Numbered from the stretch's first letter, positions 8,505 to 18,901 are shown. The stretch is 64,000 nt of DNA from Alphaproteobacteria bacterium (GCA_965227515.1 CBDDFZ010000001.1:2720001-2784000), one strand, 5' to 3'. Made by a program: numbers and translations. The notes: generated by a model not told the origin, from the sequence alone.

Positions 8505-10763
8505 ATGGCGGACGCTGCGACGACCCTGACGCCCGCCGGTGCCGGGGCGGCCGATGGCAATGGCCCGGCCAAGCACCAGTTGTCGTCGTCGCGCGCGTCG
8601 ATCCTGTCCGGTCTCCCTGCGCCATTGCGCCGCCTGTTGCGCGGCCTCGTGTTCAGCAGTCGGATGGCGGCAATTCTGGTTGTCGCCCTGATCGTCACCT
8701 TGCGGGTGGAAGATGTCCGCCCACTGCAATTGCTGCGGCTGGAGGTGGTCGACACCATGCAGCGGCTCTATCCGCGCACGCTCACCTCCGGTGCCATCGC
8801 CATTGTCGATATCGATGAGCCGAGCCTGATCTCCCATGGCCAGTGGCCCTGGTCGCGGGTGGCGATTGCCGACCTTGTTACGCGCCTGCGCGACGCCGGG
8901 GCGCTGGTGATCGGGTTCGATATCCTTTTCGCCGAGCCCGACCGGCTGTCTCCAACCACTTTCGGTGCCAACGCGGGCGACTTGCCCGACGCCATTCGCG
9001 GCATCCTGATGACCATGCCCGATTCCGACCTGGTGATGGCGGAGACCATTGCGCAGGCCCCGGTGGTGCTGGGCCGGGCGATGACCAACGACGCCGCGGT
9101 GGTGGCCCGCACCGGCAGCATGCGCAGCACGCCGGTGGCGGCCTTCGGCGGCGAGCCCCTGCCGTTCCTTTTCAGTTACGCGTCGCTGTTGCCCAATCTG
9201 GCCGCGCTGGAAGACGCCGCGAGCGGACTGGGCACCTTCACCCTCAGTCCCGAGCCCGATGGCGTCGTGCGCCGCGTGCCGGCGGTGATGCGTGTCGGCG
9301 ACACGGTCTATCCGTCGCTGGCGATCGAGATGATGCGGGTGGCGTTGGGGGCGTCCTTCTTCGAGATCCATACCAACCCGCAGGGCGCGGGCATCCAGTC
9401 CATCGGTGTCGGCGACTACGATATTCCGACCGACGGCGCCGGCCGCATCTGGCTGCACAACGCGCCCTACACCCCCTCGCTGTACATTTCCGCCGGCGAT
9501 GTGCTCGACGGCACCGTCGCGCCGGACGCTTTCGACGGCAAGTACGTGCTGATCGGCACGTCGGCCACCGGGCTGCGCGACCTGCGGGTTACGCCGCTGT
9601 CGCAGTCGATTCCCGGCGTGGAACTGCATGCCCATCTGATCGACGCGGTGCTGGCCGGCGACGTGTTGTCCCAGCCGCCCTATGCGCTGGGCGTGGAACT
9701 GGCGGTGACCGTGCTGGGCTGCCTGCTGCTGATTTGGGCGCTGCCCCGCATCGGTGCCGGCCCCAGTCTGGCGATCCTGTTCCTGATGCTCGCCATCGCC
9801 TGGGGCATCAGCATCCTGGCCTTCCTGGAATATGGACACATCATCGACGCCACCCTGGCCACCGTTGCCGCGGCGCTGGTGTTCGGGTTGCTGGCATATG
9901 CCAATTACGCACGCGAGGAACGGCGCCGGCGCGACATCCGCTCGGCTTTCGGCCAGTACCTCTCGCCCGAGCTGGTGCATCAGTTGGAGGCGCATCCCGA
10001 GCGCCTGCGGCTTGGCGGTGAGATGCGCGAGCTGACCTTCCTGTTCACCGACCTGGAGGGCTTCACCAGCCTGGTCGAACGCAGCGCGCCCGACGAGATC
10101 GTCCATGTGCTGAACGACTATTTGGACGGCATGTGCCGCATCGTCATGAACCACGGCGGCACCATCGACAAGATCGTCGGCGACGCGGTGCACGGCATGT
10201 TCGGCGCGCCGGTCGAGATACCCGACCACGCGACCAGCGCGGTGCGCGCGGCGATCGAGATCGACGCCTTCAGCGAACAGTTCCGCCGCGACCTGAAGGC
10301 GCGGGGCGTGGCGCTGGGCGTGACCCGCATCGGTGTGAACACCGGCCGCGTGGTCGTCGGCAATTTCGGCGGCGCGCGGCGGCTGGACTACACCGCCCAT
10401 GGCGACGCCATCAACACCGCCGCCCGGCTGGAGGCCGCCAACAAGATGCTGGGCACGCGCATCTGCGTGTCGCAGAGCACGATGGCGCAGTGCAAGGACA
10501 TCGCGTTCCGGCCGATGGGCGCGCTGCAACTGCGCGGCAAGTCGGTTGCGACCAATGTCTTCGAGCCGTTGATCGACGTGACCGATGGCGCATACCAGGA
10601 ACACTATGCAGCCGCGTTCGCGCTGATGGGGGCCGGCGATCCGCAGGCGCTGCCGGCGCTGGAGCGGTTGGCGGAGACCGCCCCCGACGATCCCCTGGTC
10701 GCGCTGCACTGCCGTCGCCTGCGGGCCGGTGAGGCCGGTGTCCGGATCGGGGCGGCGTCATGA
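8505..10763 (+). CDS. CHASE2-domain class III adenylate/guanylate cyclase
   Basis: CHASE2 motifs 'IVDIDE.SL...GQWPWSR', 'GFDILFAEPDR', 'PGVE.HA'; TM helices; catalytic 'LFTDLEGFT', 'DKIVGD', 'DYTAHGDAINTAARLE'. Confidence 0.92.
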   Translation: MADAATTLTPAGAGAADGNGPAKHQLSSSRASILSGLPAPLRRLLRGLVFSSRMAAILVVALIVTLRVEDVRPLQLLRLEVVDTMQRLYPRTLTSGAIAIVDIDEPSLISHGQWPWSRVAIADLVTRLRDAGALVIGFDILFAEPDRLSPTTFGANAGDLPDAIRGILMTMPDSDLVMAETIAQAPVVLGRAMTNDAAVVARTGSMRSTPVAAFGGEPLPFLFSYASLLPNLAALEDAASGLGTFTLSPEPDGVVRRVPAVMRVGDTVYPSLAIEMMRVALGASFFEIHTNPQGAGIQSIGVGDYDIPTDGAGRIWLHNAPYTPSLYISAGDVLDGTVAPDAFDGKYVLIGTSATGLRDLRVTPLSQSIPGVELHAHLIDAVLAGDVLSQPPYALGVELAVTVLGCLLLIWALPRIGAGPSLAILFLMLAIAWGISILAFLEYGHIIDATLATVAAALVFGLLAYANYAREERRRRDIRSAFGQYLSPELVHQLEAHPERLRLGGEMRELTFLFTDLEGFTSLVERSAPDEIVHVLNDYLDGMCRIVMNHGGTIDKIVGDAVHGMFGAPVEIPDHATSAVRAAIEIDAFSEQFRRDLKARGVALGVTRIGVNTGRVVVGNFGGARRLDYTAHGDAINTAARLEAANKMLGTRICVSQSTMAQCKDIAFRPMGALQLRGKSVATNVFEPLIDVTDGAYQEHYAAAFALMGAGDPQALPALERLAETAPDDPLVALHCRRLRAGEAGVRIGAAS

Positions 10764-12670
10764 CCGAACCGACGACCGCAACAGACGGCGACAAGCCGGC
10801 GGCGGCGACCGCGCATCCGCCCGCGGAGCCGCAAGTGCGCGCCTGGCTGCGCAAGCTGGAGGAGAAGTTCGGCGGTCCGCGCCGCCCGGCATCGACCGGG
10901 GCGGAAGCTGCCGCCGACACGCCATCCACGTCCCAAGACGATACCCAACCTCCGGGCGTGCGCGCGCTGATCATGAGCATGCTCGGCCAGCGCATCGGCA
11001 TGCTGCTGGCGTTGTCGCTGTGCATCAACGTGCTGACGCTGGCGGTGCCGGTGTTCGTGCTCCAGGTCTATGACCGCGTGGTGCAGCACGCCGGCTACGA
11101 GACCCTGGTCGGCCTGTGCGTGATGGTCGTGCTGGCCCTGGTGTTCGACTATGTCTTCCGGCAGGCGCGCGGCCGCATGTTCCAGCTTGTCGCCATGCGG
11201 CTGGACGTGGTGATCAGCCGGCGGCTGTTCGCCAAGCTGACCGCGATGCCGTTGCGCGCGCTGGAACGGATGTCGCAGGCGCAATGGCGGCTGGTGCTGC
11301 GCGATGGCGAGACCGTGCGCGATACGGTCGCCGGCCCGGCGACAAGTCTGCTGCTGGACGTGCCGTTCGTCATCCTGTTCCTGGTCGTCATCTGGACCAT
11401 CGCAAGCCCGGTCGCGTGGGTTCTGCTGGCGATCATGCCGGTGTTCATTGGCCTTGCTGTTGCGTCCCAGGTGCTGATCGACAAGTCGAGCGCCGTCGAG
11501 CAGGAAGCCGCCACCAACCGCGATGCGCTGGTCGACCAGATGGTCAGTGGGCGCACCACGGTGAAGGCGCTCGGCCTCGCCAGCGCGCTTCGCGGGCGAT
11601 GGGAGCAGCTTCAGGCGAGCCTGATGCTGCAGTCGGTGCGTCGCGGCGGCCGGGTCGACACGTTCAGTCATCTGGCGACCCAGATGGCGATGCTGACCAC
11701 CGTGCTGATGACGTCGTTCGGCGCCATCGCCATCATCAACCACGACCTCACCATCGGCGGACTGATCGCCGCCAACATGCTGGCGGCGCGCGTCGTCCAG
11801 CCGCTGACGCGGGCGGTTGGCGTTTGGCGCGGCATCAGCCGGTTCCGACGCTCCGCCGCGCGGGTCGATGCGTTGTTGGCCCAGCCGGACGAAGCGGTGC
11901 AGAGCCACATCGCGCACGCCGCCCCGCGCGGGGCCCTGCGCCTGGAGAACGTGACGTTCCACTACGATGGCGAACAGCGCGCCGTGCTCGATGGCATCAG
12001 TTTGGCCCTGGCACGCGGCATGACAGGCATCGTCGGACGCAACGGCACCGGCAAGACCACCATGCTCAAGGTTTTGCAGGGGCTCTATCGCCCCGACAAC
12101 GGGCGCGTACTGCTCGACGGTGCCGACATGACCCAGTACGGGCGCGACGACCTGGCCCGTTGGATCGGCTATGTGCCGCAGGAACTGTTCTTCATCGACG
12201 GCACCATCCGCGACAACATCGCCAAGGGCCGAGACGACGTCGACGATGCCGCGATCGTGCGCGCGGTGGAAACCGCAGGGGCGCAAGGTTTCATCGCCAA
12301 GCTGCCGGATGGTTTCGGCACCAAGGTCGGCGAGGGGGCGGCGCGTTTTTCCATCGGCGAGCGCCAACTGATGGCGATTGCGCGCGCGCTGGTCGACGAT
12401 CCGCCGGTGCTGCTGCTGGACGAACCGACCGCGCATCTGGACCCGACCGCCGTGGACGTGCTGACACGCCGGCTGGTCGACCTGTCGCGCAAGCGCACCG
12501 TGGTGGTCATCAGCCATGACCGCGCGCTGTTGCAGTGCTGTTCGACACTGGTGGCGATGGACGCGGGCCGTGTCGCCTTCTCCGGCCCGGCGCCTGAGGT
12601 GCTGGCGCGGCTGGCGGGGCAGGCGCGGCCGAAGAACGCCGTCATTCCCGGCAAGCCGGCGGCGGCCTAG
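10760..12670 (+). CDS. Type I secretion ABC transporter (permease/ATPase)
   Basis: 'P.F.LQVYDRVV' TM domain; Walker A GRNGTGKTT, signature FSIGERQ, Walker B LLLDEPT; ATGA overlap with cyclase. Confidence 0.92.
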   Translation: MTEPTTATDGDKPAAATAHPPAEPQVRAWLRKLEEKFGGPRRPASTGAEAAADTPSTSQDDTQPPGVRALIMSMLGQRIGMLLALSLCINVLTLAVPVFVLQVYDRVVQHAGYETLVGLCVMVVLALVFDYVFRQARGRMFQLVAMRLDVVISRRLFAKLTAMPLRALERMSQAQWRLVLRDGETVRDTVAGPATSLLLDVPFVILFLVVIWTIASPVAWVLLAIMPVFIGLAVASQVLIDKSSAVEQEAATNRDALVDQMVSGRTTVKALGLASALRGRWEQLQASLMLQSVRRGGRVDTFSHLATQMAMLTTVLMTSFGAIAIINHDLTIGGLIAANMLAARVVQPLTRAVGVWRGISRFRRSAARVDALLAQPDEAVQSHIAHAAPRGALRLENVTFHYDGEQRAVLDGISLALARGMTGIVGRNGTGKTTMLKVLQGLYRPDNGRVLLDGADMTQYGRDDLARWIGYVPQELFFIDGTIRDNIAKGRDDVDDAAIVRAVETAGAQGFIAKLPDGFGTKVGEGAARFSIGERQLMAIARALVDDPPVLLLDEPTAHLDPTAVDVLTRRLVDLSRKRTVVVISHDRALLQCCSTLVAMDAGRVAFSGPAPEVLARLAGQARPKNAVIPGKPAAA

Positions 12671-13966
12671 ATGAGCACCTTGGCCCTCGACCGGATCGAA
12701 AGCAGTTTCCCGCTGCCGAGCTGGCGCACGCTCTGCTGGGTCCTGATGGGGCTGCTGGCGGCGTTCGTGATCTGGGCGTCGCTGGCGACCATGAAGCAGG
12801 TGGCAACGGCACCGGGCACCATCGTGCCTGCCGGGCAGGTGCGGGTGATCCAGCACCTGGAAGGCGGCATCGTGGTCGACATCGCGGTCAGCGACGGCGA
12901 CACCGTGGCGGCCGGCCAGCCGTTGATCCGCCTGGACCTGGGCGGCCGGGGCCTGAGCCGCGAAGAGGCGCAGGCGCGGGTGGACGGGCTGTTGTTGCAG
13001 CGCGCGCGGCTGACCGCCGAGGCGTCCGGGATCGCGCTCAGCCTGCCGGAGGCGCCGGCATCGCGCCAGCCGGACCTGGCCCGCGCGGAGACCGAGGCGT
13101 TCGAGAACCGCCTGCGCCAGATGCGCAGCAATCTGGAGGTGCTGGGCGAGCGCAAGACGCAACGCGCGCTCGACCTGGAGATCATCGACACCCAGCTCGA
13201 TGGCCTGCGCCGCCAGATGGACCTCTCCACCGAGCAGCACAACATCACCTCGCAACTGGCGCGCGACGAGTTGTTTCCGAGGCTGCGGTCGCTGGAGATC
13301 CAGCTTGGGCTGGAGCAGTTGAACACCCAGATCGCCGAGCTTGTGCTGGCCCGGCCGCTCGCCGAAAGCGCGCTGGCCGAGATCACCGAGCTGGAACGCC
13401 AGGAGCTGATCCGCTACCAGACCGCCGCCACCGACGAGCTGCGCGAAGTGGAAGTGGAACTGGCCCGCCAGCAGGAGCTGTTGGGCCGCGCCTCCGACCA
13501 GACCGACCGCACAGCCATCTCCAGCCCCATCGACGGCATCGTCCAGGGCATGCAGGTCAACACGATCGGCGGCATCGTCGAGGCCGGCCAGCCGATCATG
13601 CAGATCGTGCCGGTGGCCGAGAGCATGGTGGTCGAGGCCCGGCTCTCGCCCACCGATATCGGGCAGGTCCACATCGGCCAGGATGCGACGGTGCGTTTCA
13701 CCGCCTATGACTTCCAGGCCTTTGGCGGTCTTGATGGCCAGATCGACTACATCTCCGCCGACCGCAATGTCGACCAGAACGGCGAGGCCTATTACCTGGT
13801 GAAAATCCGCCTGAATTCCCAAGCCCTGGCGGTGGATGGCGCCGGCGTACTGCCGATCCTGCCCGGCATGGAAACCCAGGTGGACATCCACACCGGCGAC
13901 CGCACGGTGCTGGACTACATCCTGCAGCCGGTGCTGAAGCTGCGGGACGACGCCTTTCGCCACTGA
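12671..13966 (+). CDS. HlyD-family T1SS periplasmic adaptor
   Basis: N-terminal TM, 'IQHLEGGIV..I.V..GD.V..GQ.L', coiled coil, 'ISSPIDGIV', C-terminal 'PGM...VDI.TG.RTVLDYIL.P'. Confidence 0.93.
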   Translation: MSTLALDRIESSFPLPSWRTLCWVLMGLLAAFVIWASLATMKQVATAPGTIVPAGQVRVIQHLEGGIVVDIAVSDGDTVAAGQPLIRLDLGGRGLSREEAQARVDGLLLQRARLTAEASGIALSLPEAPASRQPDLARAETEAFENRLRQMRSNLEVLGERKTQRALDLEIIDTQLDGLRRQMDLSTEQHNITSQLARDELFPRLRSLEIQLGLEQLNTQIAELVLARPLAESALAEITELERQELIRYQTAATDELREVEVELARQQELLGRASDQTDRTAISSPIDGIVQGMQVNTIGGIVEAGQPIMQIVPVAESMVVEARLSPTDIGQVHIGQDATVRFTAYDFQAFGGLDGQIDYISADRNVDQNGEAYYLVKIRLNSQALAVDGAGVLPILPGMETQVDIHTGDRTVLDYILQPVLKLRDDAFRH

Positions 13967-14070
13967 ATGGCGATGGCGCGTCGGCGAGCCAGGAAATCGC
14001 ACCGCAAGTTAGCGCTCCTTAAGTATTGGCTGCTAGACAAGCAGGACGGATTGATGACGGCGGCACAGGT

Positions 14071-15330
14071 ATGGCCCTCGAGGAAAATTACGGCAGGTCT
14101 TTCAGGAACGGTGAGATCGTCTTCCGCGAGGGAAGCGTAGGCAGTTGCGCCTACCTGATCGAGTCGGGCGCGATCGAGATCTCCATCCAGCAAGACGGGC
14201 AGACCGTGGTGCTGGCCACCCGCAAGGCCGGCGACATCTTTGGCGAGATGGCGATGGTGGACAACCAGCCGCGCTCGGCGACGGCGCGGGCCGTCGGCAG
14301 GGTGCAGCTGCTGGTGCTGTCCCAGGAACATCTCAGCCACCGCCTGGAAAACTGCGATCCGGTGATACGCCTGGTGCTGGGCACGATCCTGCAGCGGTTC
14401 CGCGAAACGCTGGACAGCCTGCAGTACGCCGTGTCGGATGCGGGCGTTCCGATGGCCGACAACCCCACCCACGCCTCCCGCCGCCGCGACAGTGGCTTGC
14501 GCATGTTCCTGGGCAAGGAGGATGCGCTCGATCGGCTGAAGCTTGAGCAGGAGGTCGCCGCCGGCCTCAAACGCCGCGAGTTGGTTCTGCACTTCCAGCC
14601 CATCGTCGACCTGAACAATGGGGCTATCCATGCGGTCGAGGGCCTGGTGCGCTGGGAGCATCCGACCAAGGGCTTGCTGATGCCGGGCGCATTCCTGGGC
14701 GTCGTGGACGCCGGCGCCATCGTCCGCAACTTCGGCACCTACATCGTCGATGCGGCGTGCGACGCCGCCGTGTTGATGGGCGAGCACTGCACCGCCGGCA
14801 ACGGCATGGCGCAACCGAAGATCCACATCAACATTTCGCCCAAGCACCTGTTGCAGCCGGACTTCGTCGACGCGGTCTGCGAGGCGGCGGCGGCCCATGG
14901 GGTGGCCCCCGGCGAACTGGTGCTGGAGGTGACCGAGGACCTGCTGATCGACCGCCCCGACGAGGCGCTACAGGCGCTGAGCGCCTGCACCAACCGGGGC
15001 TTCGAGGTTTCGCTGGACGATTTCGGCACCGGCTATTCCAGCCTGTCGTACCTGCGGCAGTTCCCGCTGGCGGAGATCAAGATCGACCGCAGTTTCGTTA
15101 GCCAGATGTTCTCCGACGAGCGCAGCATGAAGATCCTGGAGACGCTGTGCGATCTGGCCAACACCTTGAAGCTGCGCCTGGTGGCGGAGGGGATCGAGGA
15201 CGCGCAGCAGGCCGAGGTTCTGCGCTCCCTGGGCTGCCGCTACGGACAGGGGTATCATTTCGCCCGGCCGCTGCCGCTGGACGATGTGCTCGCCCTGCTG
15301 GATCGCGGGTCGGTCGCCTTGGCGAGCTGA
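14071..15330 (+). CDS. cNMP-binding + EAL c-di-GMP phosphodiesterase (copy 1)
   Basis: cNMP domain 'FGEMAMVD.QPRSATA'; EAL motifs FQPIV, EGLVRW, INIS, LEVTE, DDFGTGYSSL, IKIDRSF, AEGIE; start chosen at 14071. Confidence 0.92.
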   Translation: MALEENYGRSFRNGEIVFREGSVGSCAYLIESGAIEISIQQDGQTVVLATRKAGDIFGEMAMVDNQPRSATARAVGRVQLLVLSQEHLSHRLENCDPVIRLVLGTILQRFRETLDSLQYAVSDAGVPMADNPTHASRRRDSGLRMFLGKEDALDRLKLEQEVAAGLKRRELVLHFQPIVDLNNGAIHAVEGLVRWEHPTKGLLMPGAFLGVVDAGAIVRNFGTYIVDAACDAAVLMGEHCTAGNGMAQPKIHINISPKHLLQPDFVDAVCEAAAAHGVAPGELVLEVTEDLLIDRPDEALQALSACTNRGFEVSLDDFGTGYSSLSYLRQFPLAEIKIDRSFVSQMFSDERSMKILETLCDLANTLKLRLVAEGIEDAQQAEVLRSLGCRYGQGYHFARPLPLDDVLALLDRGSVALAS

Positions 15331-15484
15331 CCGGTTTCGTCGATTTGGCGTGCAGACCAGTCCGGTCTAACTTGACTAAAATCCACACATATTCACCGAC
15401 CGGTGATGTTCGCCGGTGATCAAACATTAATGCCGTTGTCCTAAAGTCGTCGCTGAATATGGGCGGTAGCTGAGCATAGGGGCA

Positions 15485-16714
15485 ATGGATTCGCACCGCG
15501 TCAAATACGATCCTGGCGATGTGATCTTCACGGAAGGCAGCATCGGTGACTGTGCTTACATTGTGGAGCACGGCACGGTTGTTGTTTCGGTCGTGCGCGA
15601 AGGCGCGCCGTCGATCCTGGCGCATCTGAGCGTTGGCGACATCCTGGGCGAGATGGCCATTGTCGACAATCGGCCGCGCTCCGCATCCGCCCATGCGCTG
15701 GGCCACGTCGAACTGACCGTCCTGTCGCAGGAACACCTGACCCATCGCCTGGAAGGCTGCGATCCGGTGGTCCGGCTGATGCTGGACTCCATCCTGCGCC
15801 GCTATCGCGAGACCTTGCGCATGGCCAATGGCGTCACCGCCTTGGACGCCGAGGACGCGCCTGACCAAGCGCGCGTCGGCGACGGTGGGCCGTCGGCAAA
15901 CCTGTCCGACGCGATCACCCAGATCAAGCTGGAGCACGAGTTGCGCCACGCCCTGGCGCGCGACGAGTTGGAGCTTCACTACCAGCCCATTGTCGACCTG
16001 AACGACCAGTCCATCGATTCGTTCGAGGGTTTGGTGCGTTGGCACCACCCCGAGCGGGGCTTGCTGATGCCGGGCGCCTTCATCGACGCCGCCGAGCTGG
16101 GGACGCTGGTGTCGGTCTTCGGGCTGCATGTCGCCACACTGGCCAGCGCCGGAGCGCGCGCCATCGCCGGCCAGTGCGCTGCCCACGGCCGGGCGGCGCC
16201 GAAAGTGCACCTCAATGTGTCGCCCCGCCACCTGGCCGTGCCCTCGTTCCTGGAGGACATCGGCAGGTGCGTGGCCGAGGCCGGACGCCAGCCGCAGGAC
16301 ATGGTGCTGGAAGTGACCGAGAACCTGCTGATCGAATCGCCGGAACAGGCGCTAGCCGTGCTGTCGGCCGCCGTCGACCGCGGCTTCGAGATCTCGCTGG
16401 ACGACTTCGGCACCGGCTATTCCAGCCTGTCCTATCTGCGCCAGTTCCCGCTGGCGGAGATCAAGATCGATCGTTCGTTCGTGGCGCAGATGTTCTCCGA
16501 CGAGCGCAGCCTGAAGATTGTCGAGAAGCTGTGCGACCTCTCCATGAGCCTGGGCGTGCGCCTGGTCGCGGAGGGCATCGAGGATGAGCGCCAGGCCGAG
16601 GTGCTGCGCAGCATGGGCTGCGGCTATGGACAGGGCTTCCACCTGGCGCGGCCGATGCCGCTGGACGACGCGCTGGGCCTGCTCGGCGCCGGGCCGCTCG
16701 CGCTGGCTGGATAG
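15485..16714 (+). CDS. cNMP-binding + EAL c-di-GMP phosphodiesterase (copy 2)
   Basis: Same architecture and motifs as copy 1; tandem paralogue. Confidence 0.92.
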   Translation: MDSHRVKYDPGDVIFTEGSIGDCAYIVEHGTVVVSVVREGAPSILAHLSVGDILGEMAIVDNRPRSASAHALGHVELTVLSQEHLTHRLEGCDPVVRLMLDSILRRYRETLRMANGVTALDAEDAPDQARVGDGGPSANLSDAITQIKLEHELRHALARDELELHYQPIVDLNDQSIDSFEGLVRWHHPERGLLMPGAFIDAAELGTLVSVFGLHVATLASAGARAIAGQCAAHGRAAPKVHLNVSPRHLAVPSFLEDIGRCVAEAGRQPQDMVLEVTENLLIESPEQALAVLSAAVDRGFEISLDDFGTGYSSLSYLRQFPLAEIKIDRSFVAQMFSDERSLKIVEKLCDLSMSLGVRLVAEGIEDERQAEVLRSMGCGYGQGFHLARPMPLDDALGLLGAGPLALAG

Positions 16715-16734
16715 AAGGCGCCTCAGTCAGCCCG

Positions 16735-17574
16735 CTAGCTACTGACCCGCTTCAGCTTCGCCGGCGCTTCCGCCGTTTCCATGAACGCCGATGTGTCTTC
16801 CGCGTTGGCGAACTTAAGGCCGGCCTCGGCGATGGACGCGTCGGGCACCTTGTGCAGCGGCGTGTAGAACGGGTGGTGGTGCTCCAGGTACGGGTTGTTG
16901 CGCGCCGCGTTGTAGCAGAAGATCAGCGTCCAGCGGCGGTTCGGCGACCGGTTCTGGTCCGACCGGTGCAGCGTGTTGCAGTGGAAGAACAGCGCGTCGC
17001 CGGGGTCCATCTCGCAATAGACCAGCTCAAGCTGCTTCATCGCCTGCTCGACCCGCTCGTGGTCGGCGCCGACCTGCTCGCCGTCCAGCAGGCCGTGGTC
17101 GATCCGCCCCATCCGGTTTGAGCCGCGCAGCACTTGCAGGCATCCGTTCTCGCGCGTGCAAGGGTCCAGCGCCACCATTGCCGAGGCCATCAGCGGGAAC
17201 AGGCAGCCATTGTTGTACCAGTAGCCGTAGTCCTGGTGCCATTCCCAGGCCCCGCCCTCGAACGCCGCCTTGGCGGTCAGCTTGGAGTGGTAGTGGTAGA
17301 CCTCGCCGCCGAGCAGGTCCTCCATGGTGTCGACCATCTTCTCCGAGCGCGCGGCGATGCCATAGACGCTGTCGCCGGGGTGGTTCCACAGCGCCATCTT
17401 GGTCGACATGTTGGCGGTGTCGAAGCGGTCGTAGAAATGGCCGCGGATCGCCGGGTCCTGCTCGATCGCCTGGCGCAGCAGCGCGCTCTCCCGCGGGTCG
17501 AAGAACTGGCGGACCATGACATAGCCGTCCTGGTCGAAGGCTGCGCGTTGGTCGGCGTTCAGCACGCTCGGCAT
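16735..17574 (-). CDS. Phytanoyl-CoA dioxygenase family 2OG-Fe(II) oxygenase
   Basis: HQD and distal H (WHQDYGYW, LHRS), 'ALDPCT.ENGCL.V..GS'; start set at MPSVL. Confidence 0.88.
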   Translation of the reverse strand: MPSVLNADQRAAFDQDGYVMVRQFFDPRESALLRQAIEQDPAIRGHFYDRFDTANMSTKMALWNHPGDSVYGIAARSEKMVDTMEDLLGGEVYHYHSKLTAKAAFEGGAWEWHQDYGYWYNNGCLFPLMASAMVALDPCTRENGCLQVLRGSNRMGRIDHGLLDGEQVGADHERVEQAMKQLELVYCEMDPGDALFFHCNTLHRSDQNRSPNRRWTLIFCYNAARNNPYLEHHHPFYTPLHKVPDASIAEAGLKFANAEDTSAFMETAEAPAKLKRVSS

Positions 17575-17678
17575 GGCGTTTCCCCGTTTTCTTGGTATGC
17601 CGCCATGGGGCCACCGATATAGCGAAAGATCAAGGACCACCACATGATCCGCCGATGAGCCGGCGACGTAATCAGTGC

Positions 17679-18443
17679 ATGAATGCAGAACCGACACATC
17701 GCCGCGCCTGGATTGCCGGGGCCGGCAAGGGCATTGGCCGCGCCGTCGCCACCCGGCTGGTCCGCCAGGGCTGGACCGTGGCGGTGAGCGCGCGCACCGC
17801 CGAGGACCTGGAGAGCCTGCGCGACGAGCTGCCGCGCGGCCGCGTCCATGTCTATCCGCTCGACGTCACCGACGCGGCAAAGACGGCGGAGACGGTCGAC
17901 GCCATCGAGCACGAGATGGGCACCCTCGACCTGGTCATCTTGAACGCCGGCACCCACGCGCCGATGCCCGCGACCGAATTCTCCGGCGAGACCGTGCGCA
18001 AGCTTGTCGAGACCAACCTGATGGGCACCGTGCATGGCCTGGACGCGGTGATCCCCCGCTTCCTGGAGCGCGGCGCCGGGCACATCGCGGTGACCGCCTC
18101 GCTGGCCGGCTATCGCGGCCTGCCGACCGCGGCGGCCTATGGCGCCACCAAGGCCGGCCTGATCAATATGTGCGAGGCGCTGAAGCCGGAGCTGGCGCGC
18201 GGCGGTGTGCGCCTGCAGGTGATCAACCCCGGCTTCGTGAAGACGCCGTTGACCGACCGCAACGACTTTCCGATGCCGTTCCTGATCCCGGTCGACCAGG
18301 CCGCCGACGCGGTGGTGCGCGGGCTGGGCCGCAACCGGTTCGAGATAGCCTTTCCCTGGCGGTTCGCCGCCCTGATGAAGCTGTTGCGGCTGTTGCCGCA
18401 CGGCCTGTTCTTCGCCGTCAGCCGACGCATGGTGCGCGCATGA
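17679..18443 (+). CDS. Short-chain dehydrogenase/reductase
   Basis: GAGKGIG, NAG, YGATK, NPGFVKT. Confidence 0.9.
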   Translation: MNAEPTHRRAWIAGAGKGIGRAVATRLVRQGWTVAVSARTAEDLESLRDELPRGRVHVYPLDVTDAAKTAETVDAIEHEMGTLDLVILNAGTHAPMPATEFSGETVRKLVETNLMGTVHGLDAVIPRFLERGAGHIAVTASLAGYRGLPTAAAYGATKAGLINMCEALKPELARGGVRLQVINPGFVKTPLTDRNDFPMPFLIPVDQAADAVVRGLGRNRFEIAFPWRFAALMKLLRLLPHGLFFAVSRRMVRA

Positions 18444-18868
18444 GAACCGATGAGACCGCTGTGCTGCAATACCGTCGGTTCCTGGAGACCCTGTCGCCGG
18501 ACACGTTGCGCCGGTTGCCCGACCTGGTGACCGCCGACGTGCACTTCGCCGACCCGTTCAACGATGTGCACGGGGTGGAGGCGATGGCCCACGTGCTGCA
18601 CGATATGTTCGAGAAGGTGGCCGACGTCCGCTTTCAGGTGCGCCACGCCGCGCGCGACGGCGACACCTGCCTGATGGAGTGGACGTTCTCCGGCAAGCTG
18701 GGCGAGAAGCCCTGGCAGTTCGATGGCTGCACCGTCGCCCGCTTCACGCCCGAGGGCCGGGTCCGCGAGCACATCGACCACTGGGACGCCGGCCGCCACC
18801 TGCACGAGCGCATCCCCGTCCTCGGCCGCCTGGTCGCGTTCGTCCGGCGGAAGGTCTCGGCGGGGTAG
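18440..18868 (+). CDS. NTF2/SnoaL-like protein
   Basis: 'DVHFADPFNDV.G', 'H.DHWDA' motifs; ATGA overlap with SDR. Confidence 0.85.
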   Translation: MRTDETAVLQYRRFLETLSPDTLRRLPDLVTADVHFADPFNDVHGVEAMAHVLHDMFEKVADVRFQVRHAARDGDTCLMEWTFSGKLGEKPWQFDGCTVARFTPEGRVREHIDHWDAGRHLHERIPVLGRLVAFVRRKVSAG

Positions 18869-18869
18869 G
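18764..18869 (+). repeat. Direct repeat copy 1 (3' end of SnoaL-like gene)
   Basis: 106 bp matching 21166-21271 with 4 mismatches by manual alignment. Confidence 0.92.
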
Positions 18870-18901
18870 GGCGCAGGCGCTCTTGAGCGCTGAATGCTTC
18901 C

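Noticed and set aside
17675-18868. 397-aa ORF, and other 5'-extended ORFs (43402-44850, 47541, 38217, 24206)
   Set aside because: Extensions overlap upstream genes in another frame; downstream starts with RBS or coupling fit better
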